IMG/VR virus record: IMGVR_UViG_3300025319_000005
Coordinates: 127,289-191,288 of that record
DNA: 64,000 nt
Reading direction: 5' to 3' (one strand)
Source: a virus
In this document: one piece after another, positions 1-10,463 of the stretch
Position numbering within the stretch: position 1 is the first letter of the stretch
How the letters are laid out: each line of letters starts with the position of its first letter
Notes under the pieces: generated by a model
The model's database searches: none
What the model was told of the DNA's origin: nothing
What the model saw: only the letters and a program-made list of their open reading frames with translations
Translations under genes and position numbers: made by a program

Positions 1-492
1 GAAATTACTAAAAATAAAGAAAACCATAAAGAAAATTTTAATCCTGCATTAGTTTTTAAAAAAATTGGACAAAATATATTTCGAAAATTTCTTGAAACAG
101 AGAGAGGGTATACATTACTTTATGATTGTGAAGACAACACTTTTGACCAAACATATATAAAAAATGGGAAAATAGAAGTATTTGAATTAAAAACAGATTA
201 CACCCATATGATAAATGATGATAATACTGGAGAAATAGCAGATACAAAAAACATAGTAATCGAATTTAAATCCATTGATAAAATGGCTAAATTTTTTGTT
301 ACATACTTTCCTCAAATAAATGAGTTATGGTTAATTAGAACAGAAAAATTAAAGAAGCTTATTGAAGAAGAGAAATATAATTTTCAAACAATAAAAACAG
401 GTGACAATATAACTTATTTAACAAATAGAATAGAAATTAAATCAGAATTCAGCATAACAAATGTTTGCAAAGAAGAAATTGTAGTAGTGTAA
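1..492 (+). CDS. PD-(D/E)XK-like nuclease, 5' truncated by window edge
   Basis: Frame 1 is open from base 1 to the stop at 492; FD...EVFELKTD...NIVIE motif; next to a methyltransferase. Confidence 0.5.
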   Translation, partial: EITKNKENHKENFNPALVFKKIGQNIFRKFLETERGYTLLYDCEDNTFDQTYIKNGKIEVFELKTDYTHMINDDNTGEIADTKNIVIEFKSIDKMAKFFVTYFPQINELWLIRTEKLKKLIEEEKYNFQTIKTGDNITYLTNRIEIKSEFSITNVCKEEIVVV

Positions 493-1115
493 TGGTAAAA
501 AGCATATCATATAATGAAGAAGAAATTATAAACTGGATATTAAATCTCCATTGCAAGACTTCTATTGAGCTTGATCCAACATACAGTAAAGGAAATTTCT
601 ATAAAGGAAGTATTACTAAACCGAAATATAAATTCGACCTATATCCTCAAATTGATGGAGTAGAACGTGCTAATGCTGAAAAATTGCCATTAGAAGACAT
701 TAGCATTAATACTATAATGTTTGACCCACCATTCTTAGCAACAAAAGGAAAATCTTTAACAATAGACAATGGAAGTAATAAAATAAACAAAAGATTTGGT
801 GTTTATCCTACAGAAAAAGAATTACACACATTTTATATCAATGCTTTAATTGAATTCCATAGAATATTAAAACCTAATGGTGTCCTTATATTTAAATGTC
901 AAGATAAAGTAAGTTCCGGAACACAGTATTTTAGTCACAATTTCATAATTAATGAAGCAAATAAATTAGGGTTTTACACAAAAGACATGTTTATATTATT
1001 AGCAAAACAAAGAATAGTGGCAAACTGGCAGTTAAAAAACCAGAAGAATGCCAGAAAATTTCATTCATACTTTCTCGTATTTGAAAAATCGAATAAAACA
1101 GTCAAATATATTTAA
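492..1115 (+). CDS. DNA amino-methyltransferase (N6A/N4C)
   Basis: DPTYSKG and IMFDPPF motifs, RILKPNG; ATG overlaps the upstream TAA. Confidence 0.8.
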   Translation: MVKSISYNEEEIINWILNLHCKTSIELDPTYSKGNFYKGSITKPKYKFDLYPQIDGVERANAEKLPLEDISINTIMFDPPFLATKGKSLTIDNGSNKINKRFGVYPTEKELHTFYINALIEFHRILKPNGVLIFKCQDKVSSGTQYFSHNFIINEANKLGFYTKDMFILLAKQRIVANWQLKNQKNARKFHSYFLVFEKSNKTVKYI

Positions 1116-1117
1116 CT

Positions 1118-1342
1118 TTGGGACATTACATTGATAATTATTTAAAAGCACTTCCGCCTTTTTTAAAACAAAATCAAAACGATGAAAATGTTCTAACAAG
1201 GATTGTTATTGTTGAAAAATATAATATAAATCCTTGGATTTGCTCAGGCAATTTAATAGAAGATTTAAAAAAAGACATGGATTATTTTCGTGCTAAAATG
1301 TTTAACTGTGTTGGAATTCCCTCAAAATACTTCGAAATATAA
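1118..1342 (+). CDS. Small protein with RIVIVEKY motif and a portal-like C-terminal fragment
   Basis: DMDYFRAKMFNCVGIPSKY resembles a T4-gp20-type portal segment. Confidence 0.5.
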   Translation: MGHYIDNYLKALPPFLKQNQNDENVLTRIVIVEKYNINPWICSGNLIEDLKKDMDYFRAKMFNCVGIPSKYFEI

Positions 1343-1371
1343 TATTTTTTTAGATTATTTAATGATAAATC

Positions 1372-2010
1372 ATGTATTTATCTGAATCATATAAAAATCG
1401 TCTTAAATTGCTATCTGGAGTTATTCTTGAAGATGGTTCTGATGCTGTGAAGCACACTCCTGGTCTTGACGAATTCTTAGAAAAAGTAGTCGAAAGATAT
1501 AAAATTGACAACACATTTGTTGATATAATAAAACAATTTATTTTAAATTCTGATTGTAAAAAAATTTCAATTGAAAATCTTAAAATGGGTGATGCTGTTG
1601 CTATGTCTGATAGATTAATATTAAGTCCAAATGTTTTCAGAAATCATTTAGGTAGATTTTTATTCATATTATTTCATGAAACAGCTCATCAATATCAATT
1701 TAAAAAATATGGTGAGGATAAAATGCTTTCACTTTATACCGGCGACATTTCAATAAAAGAAGCTGCAGAACTTATGAAAAAAATAGAAGTTATCGCTGAT
1801 GACTTTGCTGCAAGAAAAATTAGAGAATTAATTAAATTAAAATTTTTACATCCAAAGCATAGTGAATTCAAAGGATTTTACAAGGATGTTCCTATTGAAA
1901 AACTTTCACAAACCATTATTCAAATAAAGGATATGTTAAAAAAACTAAACATAACCGAACCATCCAAAATTAGTGAAGTATTTTATAATTGGGTAAAGGC
2001 CGACTTATAA
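1372..2010 (+). CDS. Putative head-packaged HExxH metallopeptidase-like protein
   Basis: FHETAHQYQ motif; N-terminus LSESYKNRLKLLSG shared with the next ORF. Confidence 0.55.
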   Translation: MYLSESYKNRLKLLSGVILEDGSDAVKHTPGLDEFLEKVVERYKIDNTFVDIIKQFILNSDCKKISIENLKMGDAVAMSDRLILSPNVFRNHLGRFLFILFHETAHQYQFKKYGEDKMLSLYTGDISIKEAAELMKKIEVIADDFAARKIRELIKLKFLHPKHSEFKGFYKDVPIEKLSQTIIQIKDMLKKLNITEPSKISEVFYNWVKADL

Positions 2011-2050
2011 CTCTAATTATAACTTTTTTCAAGATATTTAATGATAAGTT

Positions 2051-3910
2051 ATGAACTTATCAGAATCGTACAAAAATCGCCTTAAATTATTGTCAGGAAT
2101 TATTTCTGAGAATGTTTCTAATATCCAAGAATTAGATATTGAAGACGTATCTATTCCGGCAAGCTACATAAAAGATTCCTTAAATCCACAAATATGGGAT
2201 GGTGATAAGTTAAAACCAGAAATAAGAGAACATTTACTAAATATAGTTAATGGATACAAAAAGCATCTTGAATTAAAAATAGAACCTAAAGATGTTAAAT
2301 TTTTGGGAAGTATGGCTAATTTCAACTGGACAGATGCAAGTGATATTGATGTCCATTTATTTTATGACATAAAAAACATCTCTGATAATACAGAACTTAC
2401 TAAGCAATTACTTGAAAGTAAAGGTAAAGATTGGAAAGATAATCACGATATAAAAATAAAAGGTTTCAATGTTGAATTATATGCTCAGGATATTAATGAC
2501 CAATATCACTCTGGTGGTGTTTATGATTTACTTAATAACGACTGGATTAGTAAGCCAAAAAAAGAAGATGTTAAAGTTGACAAAGAATTAATAAAAAGAA
2601 AATCTTCTTCCATTGCTACAAGAATAGAACATGTTGAAAAATTGTCTGATAATAATCCAGATAAAGTTTATAAAGAAGCAAAAAAATTAAAAGATAAAAT
2701 CAAAAAAATGAGACAAGCTGGTTTAGATAAAACTGGTGAATTTTCTGCTGAGAATTTAGTTTTTAAATACTTAAGAAACAATGGTTATCTTGATAGGTTA
2801 GGAAAAGTTATCTCAAAATCTTTTGATAAAAATCTATCACTGGATGAAACTAACATTACTGAAGCTAACCACGATATTGATCCAAGACATTTAAGGAAAG
2901 TTATTTTTAAAAGCAAACGCAGGCCAGAAATGATTATTGTCGTTAGTAAGACTTTAGATGGTAGAATTGTTGACATAGAAAATAAATTCAATATAAATTT
3001 CCCATTTAAAGTAGGACAGATTCTAAATAGAAACCATGAAACATGGGCTTGTAATAATCATTATTTTGTAAATGACAAAGATACTTGTCCGGAAGAAAAA
3101 GTATTTGGTATTAGAAAAAGTGATATTCCTCAAGGACATGAATTAAGAATGATGTTTCCGGGTAAATTTAAAAACGAATCAAAAATGGAATTAAATGAAG
3201 AAACCAATAAACTTTCCTCGAAAGAATCACTTGAAATAAAAAGGGTAGCTAAAAAAGGAAATTTAAATATTGGAAGATATGATATCAACGAGCTTATTAT
3301 GGGATTTCAAATTGAAAAAGAACATGGTACAGTTAATCCAATAACAAATGTTACTAATGATGATGAAGTGAAAACCTTAAAAATTGCTTTAGCTCATCTT
3401 AATGAGGTACCGGACTATTATACAAAACTTAAAAAGTATGTAGAAAATGGGATTTCAGAATCAAAAAAAGTAAAAAAAAAATTAATGAATGAATCAACAG
3501 ATTTTGAAGAAAAACAAAAGCATAAATTAATTATAAAAAAATCCGTTGACAATCTTGACGAAAACAAAATTAATCTTATTAAAAAGTTTATAATTTTTTG
3601 TTGTAAAGAATTAAAGATAGATAGTTCGTGCACTGTATTTTTAACAGGAAAAAGGGGTGGTCCAATTACTACTACTGCAAGTTATAATCCAGAAAATGAC
3701 CATATTTGGATTTATACAAAAAACAGGAATATGCTGGCAGATCCAATGAGATCGATGGCGCACGAAATAAGACATTTTAAACAAAAATTAGATGGTGTTT
3801 TAACTGAAAAGTCAGGTGAGGATGGAAGCATTCATGAGAATGAAGCAAATTCTTTTAGTGGATGTATGATTAGAAAGTTTGGTAAAAACAATAGAGAAAT
3901 TTATCAATAA
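2051..3910 (+). CDS. Multidomain protein: Pol-beta-type nucleotidyltransferase, DUF5661-like region, HExxH domain
   Basis: GSMANF..SDIDVH motif; EKEH..IALAHLNEVPDYYTKL; AHEIRH..ENEAN. Confidence 0.65.
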   Translation: MNLSESYKNRLKLLSGIISENVSNIQELDIEDVSIPASYIKDSLNPQIWDGDKLKPEIREHLLNIVNGYKKHLELKIEPKDVKFLGSMANFNWTDASDIDVHLFYDIKNISDNTELTKQLLESKGKDWKDNHDIKIKGFNVELYAQDINDQYHSGGVYDLLNNDWISKPKKEDVKVDKELIKRKSSSIATRIEHVEKLSDNNPDKVYKEAKKLKDKIKKMRQAGLDKTGEFSAENLVFKYLRNNGYLDRLGKVISKSFDKNLSLDETNITEANHDIDPRHLRKVIFKSKRRPEMIIVVSKTLDGRIVDIENKFNINFPFKVGQILNRNHETWACNNHYFVNDKDTCPEEKVFGIRKSDIPQGHELRMMFPGKFKNESKMELNEETNKLSSKESLEIKRVAKKGNLNIGRYDINELIMGFQIEKEHGTVNPITNVTNDDEVKTLKIALAHLNEVPDYYTKLKKYVENGISESKKVKKKLMNESTDFEEKQKHKLIIKKSVDNLDENKINLIKKFIIFCCKELKIDSSCTVFLTGKRGGPITTTASYNPENDHIWIYTKNRNMLADPMRSMAHEIRHFKQKLDGVLTEKSGEDGSIHENEANSFSGCMIRKFGKNNREIYQ

Positions 3911-3911
3911 A

Positions 3912-4264
3912 CAAGCTCGCGACTTGGTTTATTTATCCTTGTAAAATTTGTTTTGCATTTGCTACTGGTCCCGCAACATTTGCTGTATTATTTGATATTT
4001 TTATTTTATTATCAAGCTTGTCACATCTAGAATCTAATTCCCTGTGAAGTTCATTGATGTCTTTTCTAAGTTCTTCATCACCAAAATTAATACTTTGATT
4101 TACAGTATTATCTAATTCATCAATCTTTCTACCTAACCTAAAAATTGCAACCACTACCAATGCGATGACAGTAACTACACATAAAGTTGACAGAATTGTT
4201 AAAAAAATAATTGTTGTTGTTTCCATAATTTGTTTCTCCTTTGTTTTTATAAGTCGCGAGCTTG
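3912..4264. repeat. 14-bp inverted repeat flanking the membrane-protein gene
   Basis: CAAGCTCGCGACTT at 3912-3925 and AAGTCGCGAGCTTG at 4251-4264. Confidence 0.85.
3933..4226 (-). CDS. Small single-pass membrane protein with coiled-coil tail
   Basis: N-terminal hydrophobic helix; start at METTT; AGGAG upstream. Confidence 0.7.
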   Translation of the reverse strand: METTTIIFLTILSTLCVVTVIALVVVAIFRLGRKIDELDNTVNQSINFGDEELRKDINELHRELDSRCDKLDNKIKISNNTANVAGPVANAKQILQG

Positions 4265-4348
4265 AGTAAAACAAATTTAATTAGAAAAACTATTAAAGTC
4301 AATAGGTAGGTTTAAATTTTGAAATAATCAAAAGCCTCTATAGCATTA

Positions 4349-4720
4349 CTATGCAGGAGTGTTGTATTTTCCATCATCAAATATTGTTAATTGTTGTATT
4401 CTTTGAAGAAATATTACCTTCATTTCTGTTTCTTCGCCTATCCACCATGGTTTTTTTGAGTACATATTTGACATTAATGTGAAGAATTCTTTTTCATTAA
4501 GCCCGGTATCTGTCAAATAAACTCCAGAAGCAATTATTCCACTTATGGTTCTATTGTCTGATTTCAAAACTCTGGCATAGCAAAAAAACCTTTCCCCAAT
4601 CCTAATGTCAAATTCCATTCCAGGATTATACGACTTGTAAGCTGGTCTTATTGTAGAAAATGTGTCACATAAAAGTTTGTTATTCCAATTTTTCGAAAAC
4701 TCGATTCTTTCGTATTCCAT
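4349..4720 (-). CDS. ASCH/PUA-like hypothetical protein
   Basis: IEFSKNWNNKL..FSTIR pattern. Confidence 0.45.
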   Translation of the reverse strand: MEYERIEFSKNWNNKLLCDTFSTIRPAYKSYNPGMEFDIRIGERFFCYARVLKSDNRTISGIIASGVYLTDTGLNEKEFFTLMSNMYSKKPWWIGEETEMKVIFLQRIQQLTIFDDGKYNTPA

Positions 4721-4736
4721 TTACAATTATGCTTAT

Positions 4737-4928
4737 TTATTTGTAATTTTCCTTCCAACTATCACCTAATTCTTCTTTAATAATATCATCAATAAATGAA
4801 TCAATTTCATCATCTGAAAGGAATTTTTTACCAGCTTTCTTTTGCCGTTTTAATTCCCTATCCAAACCAAGTGAAATTCTTTCTATTAATTTTGATTTGT
4901 CTTTTATTAATTTATTTATTTCGTTCAT
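4737..4928 (-). CDS. Hypothetical protein
   Basis: ORF in a tight minus-strand operon. Confidence 0.55.
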   Translation of the reverse strand: MNEINKLIKDKSKLIERISLGLDRELKRQKKAGKKFLSDDEIDSFIDDIIKEELGDSWKENYK

Positions 4929-4934
4929 TTCTAT

Positions 4935-6026
4935 TTAATCCTCCAATTTTGACTCCGGTTCTTCTGAATTTCTTTTTTCAATTGCATTTTTAATAGCTTC
5001 TATTTGTTTTTTACCTAATTCTTCTGGATGGTGACAGATATCTATGCATAAATTTGATAAATCTGTATAATCCAATTGTGCAATGTAATTAATAAATGGC
5101 GCAAGGTCATGACTTGTAACATCTGCAGTACTTAATAAAGCTCTCCATAATGTAGGTCCAAAAAAGTAATGCCACTGTTCGTGAGAATATTTATCAGCTT
5201 CAGCATAAACATATTCTAATTCATATGGAGGTAATTGAGGGATTCCAATTGAAGCAAGGTAATCAACTACTCCTTTTGAAAGTTCGTGAATTAACACTGG
5301 AAAATTCATTGCAGATGCTTTTATGTCCTTTTTTTCAATATCAACTTTATTATGACCCTGAACAACAGGACGACCACCCATCTGCATTGCATCAGCCTGA
5401 ATCATTTGCCAGTTCCAATAATTTACAAGTGCAGACAATCTGTTGTATTTTCCTAAAAGCTCCGGATTTATATCATTTAATTTATCAGCAGCAATATAAT
5501 AAGCTGATGTCCATTGATGAATTGCGGCACCATGTACAATAGAATTAAGAATTCTTCTTTTTTCTATTTCAACTTTTAATTCTTCCTTTCTTTCATCACT
5601 AATCATTTCTTCTTCAACGTCACTATCATCAAAATCACCGTCTCCGGCTTCTTCATCTGAATTTTCTAAAAATGCTCTTAAATTAATTGTCTCAGGAACA
5701 TTATACATTTCCCGAACAAGGTCTATTGCAATTTCCGTCAATTCTTCTCTGTGAGGAGCTTCAAGTTGTAATAATTCTTGCATTAACATCATTGCATGCA
5801 TTGGACTTTGTCCTTCAGCACGTTCAATATATATGCGAGTGCAACGATTAAATTCATCCGCTCCAAGAAATGCCGGATTATAAGAAAAAAATCTATTCTC
5901 ATTAAATGGAAAAGTTTTTTCATCAATCATTCTAACTATTCTTGGATTTGGCATATAATTTCCATTTTCCAAATATTCAGCAAACATTAATGTTGCATCT
6001 TGTTCTATTTTTTGTATTTCTGGCAT
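4935..6026 (-). CDS. Hypothetical acidic phage protein
   Basis: 363-aa ORF; FPVLIHELSKG motif. Confidence 0.7.
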   Translation of the reverse strand: MPEIQKIEQDATLMFAEYLENGNYMPNPRIVRMIDEKTFPFNENRFFSYNPAFLGADEFNRCTRIYIERAEGQSPMHAMMLMQELLQLEAPHREELTEIAIDLVREMYNVPETINLRAFLENSDEEAGDGDFDDSDVEEEMISDERKEELKVEIEKRRILNSIVHGAAIHQWTSAYYIAADKLNDINPELLGKYNRLSALVNYWNWQMIQADAMQMGGRPVVQGHNKVDIEKKDIKASAMNFPVLIHELSKGVVDYLASIGIPQLPPYELEYVYAEADKYSHEQWHYFFGPTLWRALLSTADVTSHDLAPFINYIAQLDYTDLSNLCIDICHHPEELGKKQIEAIKNAIEKRNSEEPESKLED

Positions 6027-6063
6027 GTTTTTTTATTTAAAATTTTATATAACTAATTAATTA

Positions 6064-6210
6064 TCAGGCTTTCGGGCTGGGTTTTGTACTTGGAGACGGT
6101 ATAGACCATGGATCATTACCAGGCTTTGTTCCGGGTTTTGTTGTTGGTTCTGTTGTCGGTTTTGTTACCGGCGGAGCTGTTGTTGGCTCTGGTGAAAAAT
6201 TGTTTTTCAT
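6064..6210 (-). CDS. 48-aa Pro/Thr-rich peptide (not in ORF track)
   Basis: MKNNFSPEPTTAPPVTKPTTEPTTKPGTKPGNDPWSIPSPSTKPSPKA* fills the intergenic gap. Confidence 0.6.
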   Translation of the reverse strand: MKNNFSPEPTTAPPVTKPTTEPTTKPGTKPGNDPWSIPSPSTKPSPKA

Positions 6211-6259
6211 ATTGATTGTTTTATTGTTTAAACTGATTTTGTTCGAATAGGTTGCGAAG

Positions 6260-7036
6260 TTAAATAAAATATTTTGGAAACTTGTTAACTAACTTAAGAA
6301 AATTATTATACATATATTTTTCTCTATATTTTTCTTTATCCGGTATCCTTGAATCAATGTAAATTATATGGTCAAAAAGCCAATTTTCATGAGCAATCCT
6401 TATTGTTTCAGTTGTTCTATGGTCATTATCTGTTAATTTAAATTGGTTTACATGTATAAGTAAACTTTCAAAATCACATTTATATTCATTATCTTTTATG
6501 AATTCAAGAGAACTGTTAGGCATTTCAGCGAGAAACATATTTTCAACTCTTTTATTGTGTTGCTCTTTATTATGTTGAAATAATTCAAGCTCATTAACCC
6601 TTCTTACGTCAGTAATAACTATTTTTTTATTGTCTCCAATTTTTAATAATGCTCTGTTTGTCCAATAATGCATACCATTTTTTTCCTTCATTAATTCAGC
6701 AAACCAAATCATATAAGGTCTTAAAATTTCTTTTATCTCTGAGTTTTTTGGATTAAGAAAATTTACATCTTCAATACTAATTTCAATTCCTTTATCAATT
6801 AAATCATTAAATACTTGCGGTCTCATATATTCATCAATATCACCTTTAACAACATCACCAAAAGAAATTCTTTTAAAGCCAAGTTTTTCTACCATTAAAT
6901 TTCCAAAAGTATCTTTCCCCGATTTAGAATATCCACAACATCCAATTATTGTTTTATTTTTTAATAAATCAAAATTTATTTCACCATCTCCAGAAGTAAG
7001 TAATTCCCCCGGAATTTCAATATCAATTTTTTCCAT
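6260..7036 (-). CDS. Deoxynucleoside monophosphate kinase (T4 gp1-like)
   Basis: P-loop GYSKSGKDT, RISFGD and ITDVR motifs. Confidence 0.75.
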   Translation of the reverse strand: MEKIDIEIPGELLTSGDGEINFDLLKNKTIIGCCGYSKSGKDTFGNLMVEKLGFKRISFGDVVKGDIDEYMRPQVFNDLIDKGIEISIEDVNFLNPKNSEIKEILRPYMIWFAELMKEKNGMHYWTNRALLKIGDNKKIVITDVRRVNELELFQHNKEQHNKRVENMFLAEMPNSSLEFIKDNEYKCDFESLLIHVNQFKLTDNDHRTTETIRIAHENWLFDHIIYIDSRIPDKEKYREKYMYNNFLKLVNKFPKYFI

Positions 7037-7065
7037 ATCCAAATTTAAATATAAAAAACCACAAA

Positions 7066-9273
7066 TCAAAAATCAACAACATTATTATTGTCATTATGTG
7101 CAATATTTTGTAATTCCTGAACGTTGAAATTAAAATCCAACATTTCGTTTTCTATATGTTTTGCTTGTTGAATTGTTTCTGGCAATTTCAAATCATAACA
7201 ATTATTATATTCTTTTATTTCAAAGAATTTTTTAATAAAATCTTTTACTGAGTTAATTATTGTTTCGGTAGCTTTAGCATTATGTTTAGCTTTTAACTGA
7301 TTAAAAGTATATATTGTTTTTTTTGAACCATCAGAATCAATATTCGAATATTGTATATTTATACTAAGAGTAGCTCTATCCATAGTTTCTAAATCTTCAA
7401 CAGAATATATTACAAAACTTCCTTTTGCAACATTTGCACAATAAGTTTTAACACAATGACTCATTACTGATGATTCTTCATAAAATTTTTCCGGAGTATC
7501 AATTAAATTAAATTTGATATTATCAAAAATTCCTTCTGTATGTCTGAATTTATCTATGTGAATTTTTAAGTCTTCACTTAATTTTTTATCTGCAATCAAC
7601 CTAAAAGAAAGACTCAAAGAATTATGCATATCAACTAAAGCATCAAAAGTTTTTGATTTTAATATTTCAGTTAATTGAATCTCTACATTTATTAACATAA
7701 ATATAGTGTCCATATACAATTGAAGTATTTTTTCAAAATTAGCATCAGAGGTATGAAAGATTTTTAAAATATGGCAAAAATGTTTGTGGGTTATTTTAAA
7801 ATGTCCTATTCTGTTAATGCTTTGATTATACATATTTTGCACACAAACAATAAAGTCGTAAGCATCTTTTATATTATTATTTAATATTATTTTGTCAACT
7901 GTTTCAATTTCGTCAAAAGCAGAATTGTTATGTAAGAATCCATAAAACACTTGAGCAACTTCATCAAAATTTCTTTCTAAAAATAAGTCTACATAAAATT
8001 TTCTAAATTGTATATTTTTCAATCTCAATTTAATATCTTTATATATTGGAACCCTTGTGTCAACCTGTACTGTCGGATGAGTTGTTATTGAAAATAATAA
8101 ATCTTTTTTTTGGGGATGAGCTTTTAATTTTCTCTTTCTTTTTTTCTCTTCTGTTTTTATGTATTTAATTATTTTTGTATGTTTCGAAAATTCAGAAGTT
8201 ACTTTACTTTTAAACATAGTTTCCAAAATTGTTTTTGGATTGGTTGGATTTTTCTTTTTTAAGTTTGTCAAAGAACACACAAAAGAAGAATTTGTTAATA
8301 AATTAAGAAATTTATCCGGACCATAAGTAAGAATTAATGTCACGATGGGCTGATAAACTGAAAGTGACAACATTATACATAATCTTCTTTTTAAATATTG
8401 TATCCAAATATATCTGCTTGTAGACATATTTCCATTATAGTTACTGAGCGATTCTGGCTTATAATGACAATTATTTAAAAAAGATTCTTCACCACAATTA
8501 GTTGGAGAGCTACTTAAATTTCTAAATAAAGAATTCAAATACATTTCATCACGCTCTTTTTCTAATATTAAATTTATTCTATTAACATCCCTCTGGTCAC
8601 ATTTTGATTCTACTAGTTCACAAAATTTTATTAAAGGTTTTATTACCTGTCTTTCAAAAAGTCCTTGCGAAATTACATTTTCATATAATGCATTTAATGT
8701 CATATTGTTAACTATTGAAGAACAATGTTTAACAAGAAATCTAAACGGCACTGTAATTATTTTTTCCTTAATTTTTATCTTTATGGTATCGCTTTTTTTA
8801 GAAAGGTATAATGAACGATTACTAATATTCCTAAAAATCAATTTTTTTGTTGTAACAGAGACAAACACTATAGTTGCAAAAGAATATAAAGCATAAAAAT
8901 TTTCTTTTTCAACTACACCAAATCTTTTTGATGTAACATTTCCTTCTATTTCTTTAGAGTAAATTAACTTTACACCGGAAAGGGATTTGTACTCTTTACT
9001 GCAACTATTGCAAATTGTTTTTTGACTTGAAATTATTTTACCGTATCCATTTCTACTTATTGCTTCAAAAGGAATTTCAGTCATTTGACCACAAGTACAA
9101 TATAAAGCCCATCTTTTATTGGAATAATTGTTTTGAAAATGGCTGAATTCTTTTTTTACATTTGTTTCTGGTGTGCTTTCCACGTCATCAAAAGACGGAT
9201 TAGAAGAATCGTTATATTGTGGAGTCCTAACTAAATCAAATATAAGAGCAAGATATGGATTTTTTTCTTTCAA
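7066..9273 (-). CDS. Large protein with C-terminal PcfJ-like domain
   Basis: EESSVMSHCVKTY..IYSV..RATL..QLKAKHN. Confidence 0.7.
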   Translation of the reverse strand: MKEKNPYLALIFDLVRTPQYNDSSNPSFDDVESTPETNVKKEFSHFQNNYSNKRWALYCTCGQMTEIPFEAISRNGYGKIISSQKTICNSCSKEYKSLSGVKLIYSKEIEGNVTSKRFGVVEKENFYALYSFATIVFVSVTTKKLIFRNISNRSLYLSKKSDTIKIKIKEKIITVPFRFLVKHCSSIVNNMTLNALYENVISQGLFERQVIKPLIKFCELVESKCDQRDVNRINLILEKERDEMYLNSLFRNLSSSPTNCGEESFLNNCHYKPESLSNYNGNMSTSRYIWIQYLKRRLCIMLSLSVYQPIVTLILTYGPDKFLNLLTNSSFVCSLTNLKKKNPTNPKTILETMFKSKVTSEFSKHTKIIKYIKTEEKKRKRKLKAHPQKKDLLFSITTHPTVQVDTRVPIYKDIKLRLKNIQFRKFYVDLFLERNFDEVAQVFYGFLHNNSAFDEIETVDKIILNNNIKDAYDFIVCVQNMYNQSINRIGHFKITHKHFCHILKIFHTSDANFEKILQLYMDTIFMLINVEIQLTEILKSKTFDALVDMHNSLSLSFRLIADKKLSEDLKIHIDKFRHTEGIFDNIKFNLIDTPEKFYEESSVMSHCVKTYCANVAKGSFVIYSVEDLETMDRATLSINIQYSNIDSDGSKKTIYTFNQLKAKHNAKATETIINSVKDFIKKFFEIKEYNNCYDLKLPETIQQAKHIENEMLDFNFNVQELQNIAHNDNNNVVDF

Positions 9274-9278
9274 AATGA

Positions 9279-10391
9279 CTAATTACTTAATGGAAAATGA
9301 ATTTTTGGATGCGATTTATAATTTTCTAAAGTAATATCTTCTAAGGCATATTCAGAAATGTCATTAACTATTTTATCAGATATTTTAACTATTGGTAACT
9401 CATATGACTCTCTTAACAATTGTTCATTAACTCCATCAATTTGATTTAAATAAATGTGACAATCACCTAAGTTTCCTATTATCTCATATGGAATCATACT
9501 TACTTGTTTGGCAATCATACTTAAAAGAAGAGAATAGCTGCTGATATTATATGGTAAACCAAGTGCCGTATCAATGCTTCTTTGATTCCAACTTAATGAA
9601 ATTGCTCGTTTCGGAATGTTTTGTTGATCTAATTCAAAATCTTTCCAATTATTTTTCCCACCTTTGTCACTGCCACCATAACCCAAATTTTTATCAAACC
9701 ACTTATTTCTTTCTTCTGTGGTTAATTCTCTTGTCCAACATTGGAATCCATAATGACAAGGAGGTAAAACACATTTATCTAAAGTTCCTGGATTCCAAGC
9801 ACTAACCATTAATCTTCTACTATCTGGATTGGCTTTTAAGTCATTTATAAGATTCGATATTTGATCTACGAAACCAATTTTTGCTTGGATGCCTTTTTCT
9901 GTTTTTTCATATTCTGTAAAAGTCCACTTCCTCCATTGTTTACCATAAATTTCGCCTAAATTTCCCCATTTTTCAGAAAATCCTTCTTCGTTTTTTATTT
10001 TATCAATAAATTCTTCTTTTGATTCGTACCTTAATGGAGCTGGATTAAATTCTGGTGAATATTTTTTTGCTTCTTTGGTGGCATAATCATATAACATTTT
10101 CTTTTCTTTTTCAAATGCTTTATATGCGTCCCCATCCCAAATATGACAGTTGTTATCAACTAAATATTTTATGTTTGTATCTCCTTTTAAAAACCAAAGT
10201 AATTCAGTTACTATTGTTTTAAATGCCATTTTTTTGGTAGTAAGTAAAGGAAAACCGGTAGACAATTTATGACGTATTTCTCGACTAAATACACTTAAAG
10301 TTCCAGTTCCTGTTCTATCAGATTTTTTAGTACCATTTTCAAGAATATCTTTAAGTAAATTTTGATAATCTAAATCTAATTTATTTGCCAT
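9279..10391 (-). CDS. thyA: Thymidylate synthase
   Basis: DRTGTGT, FPLLTTKK, IYGKQWR, DSRR, LPPCH, QRS.D..LGLPYN motifs. Confidence 0.97.
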   Translation of the reverse strand: MANKLDLDYQNLLKDILENGTKKSDRTGTGTLSVFSREIRHKLSTGFPLLTTKKMAFKTIVTELLWFLKGDTNIKYLVDNNCHIWDGDAYKAFEKEKKMLYDYATKEAKKYSPEFNPAPLRYESKEEFIDKIKNEEGFSEKWGNLGEIYGKQWRKWTFTEYEKTEKGIQAKIGFVDQISNLINDLKANPDSRRLMVSAWNPGTLDKCVLPPCHYGFQCWTRELTTEERNKWFDKNLGYGGSDKGGKNNWKDFELDQQNIPKRAISLSWNQRSIDTALGLPYNISSYSLLLSMIAKQVSMIPYEIIGNLGDCHIYLNQIDGVNEQLLRESYELPIVKISDKIVNDISEYALEDITLENYKSHPKIHFPLSN

Positions 10392-10463
10392 AATTATTTT
10401 TTATACAAAAGTAGTAAAAATTTCAATACTATTTAATGTAACATACAATATTTTTCAACAAAA

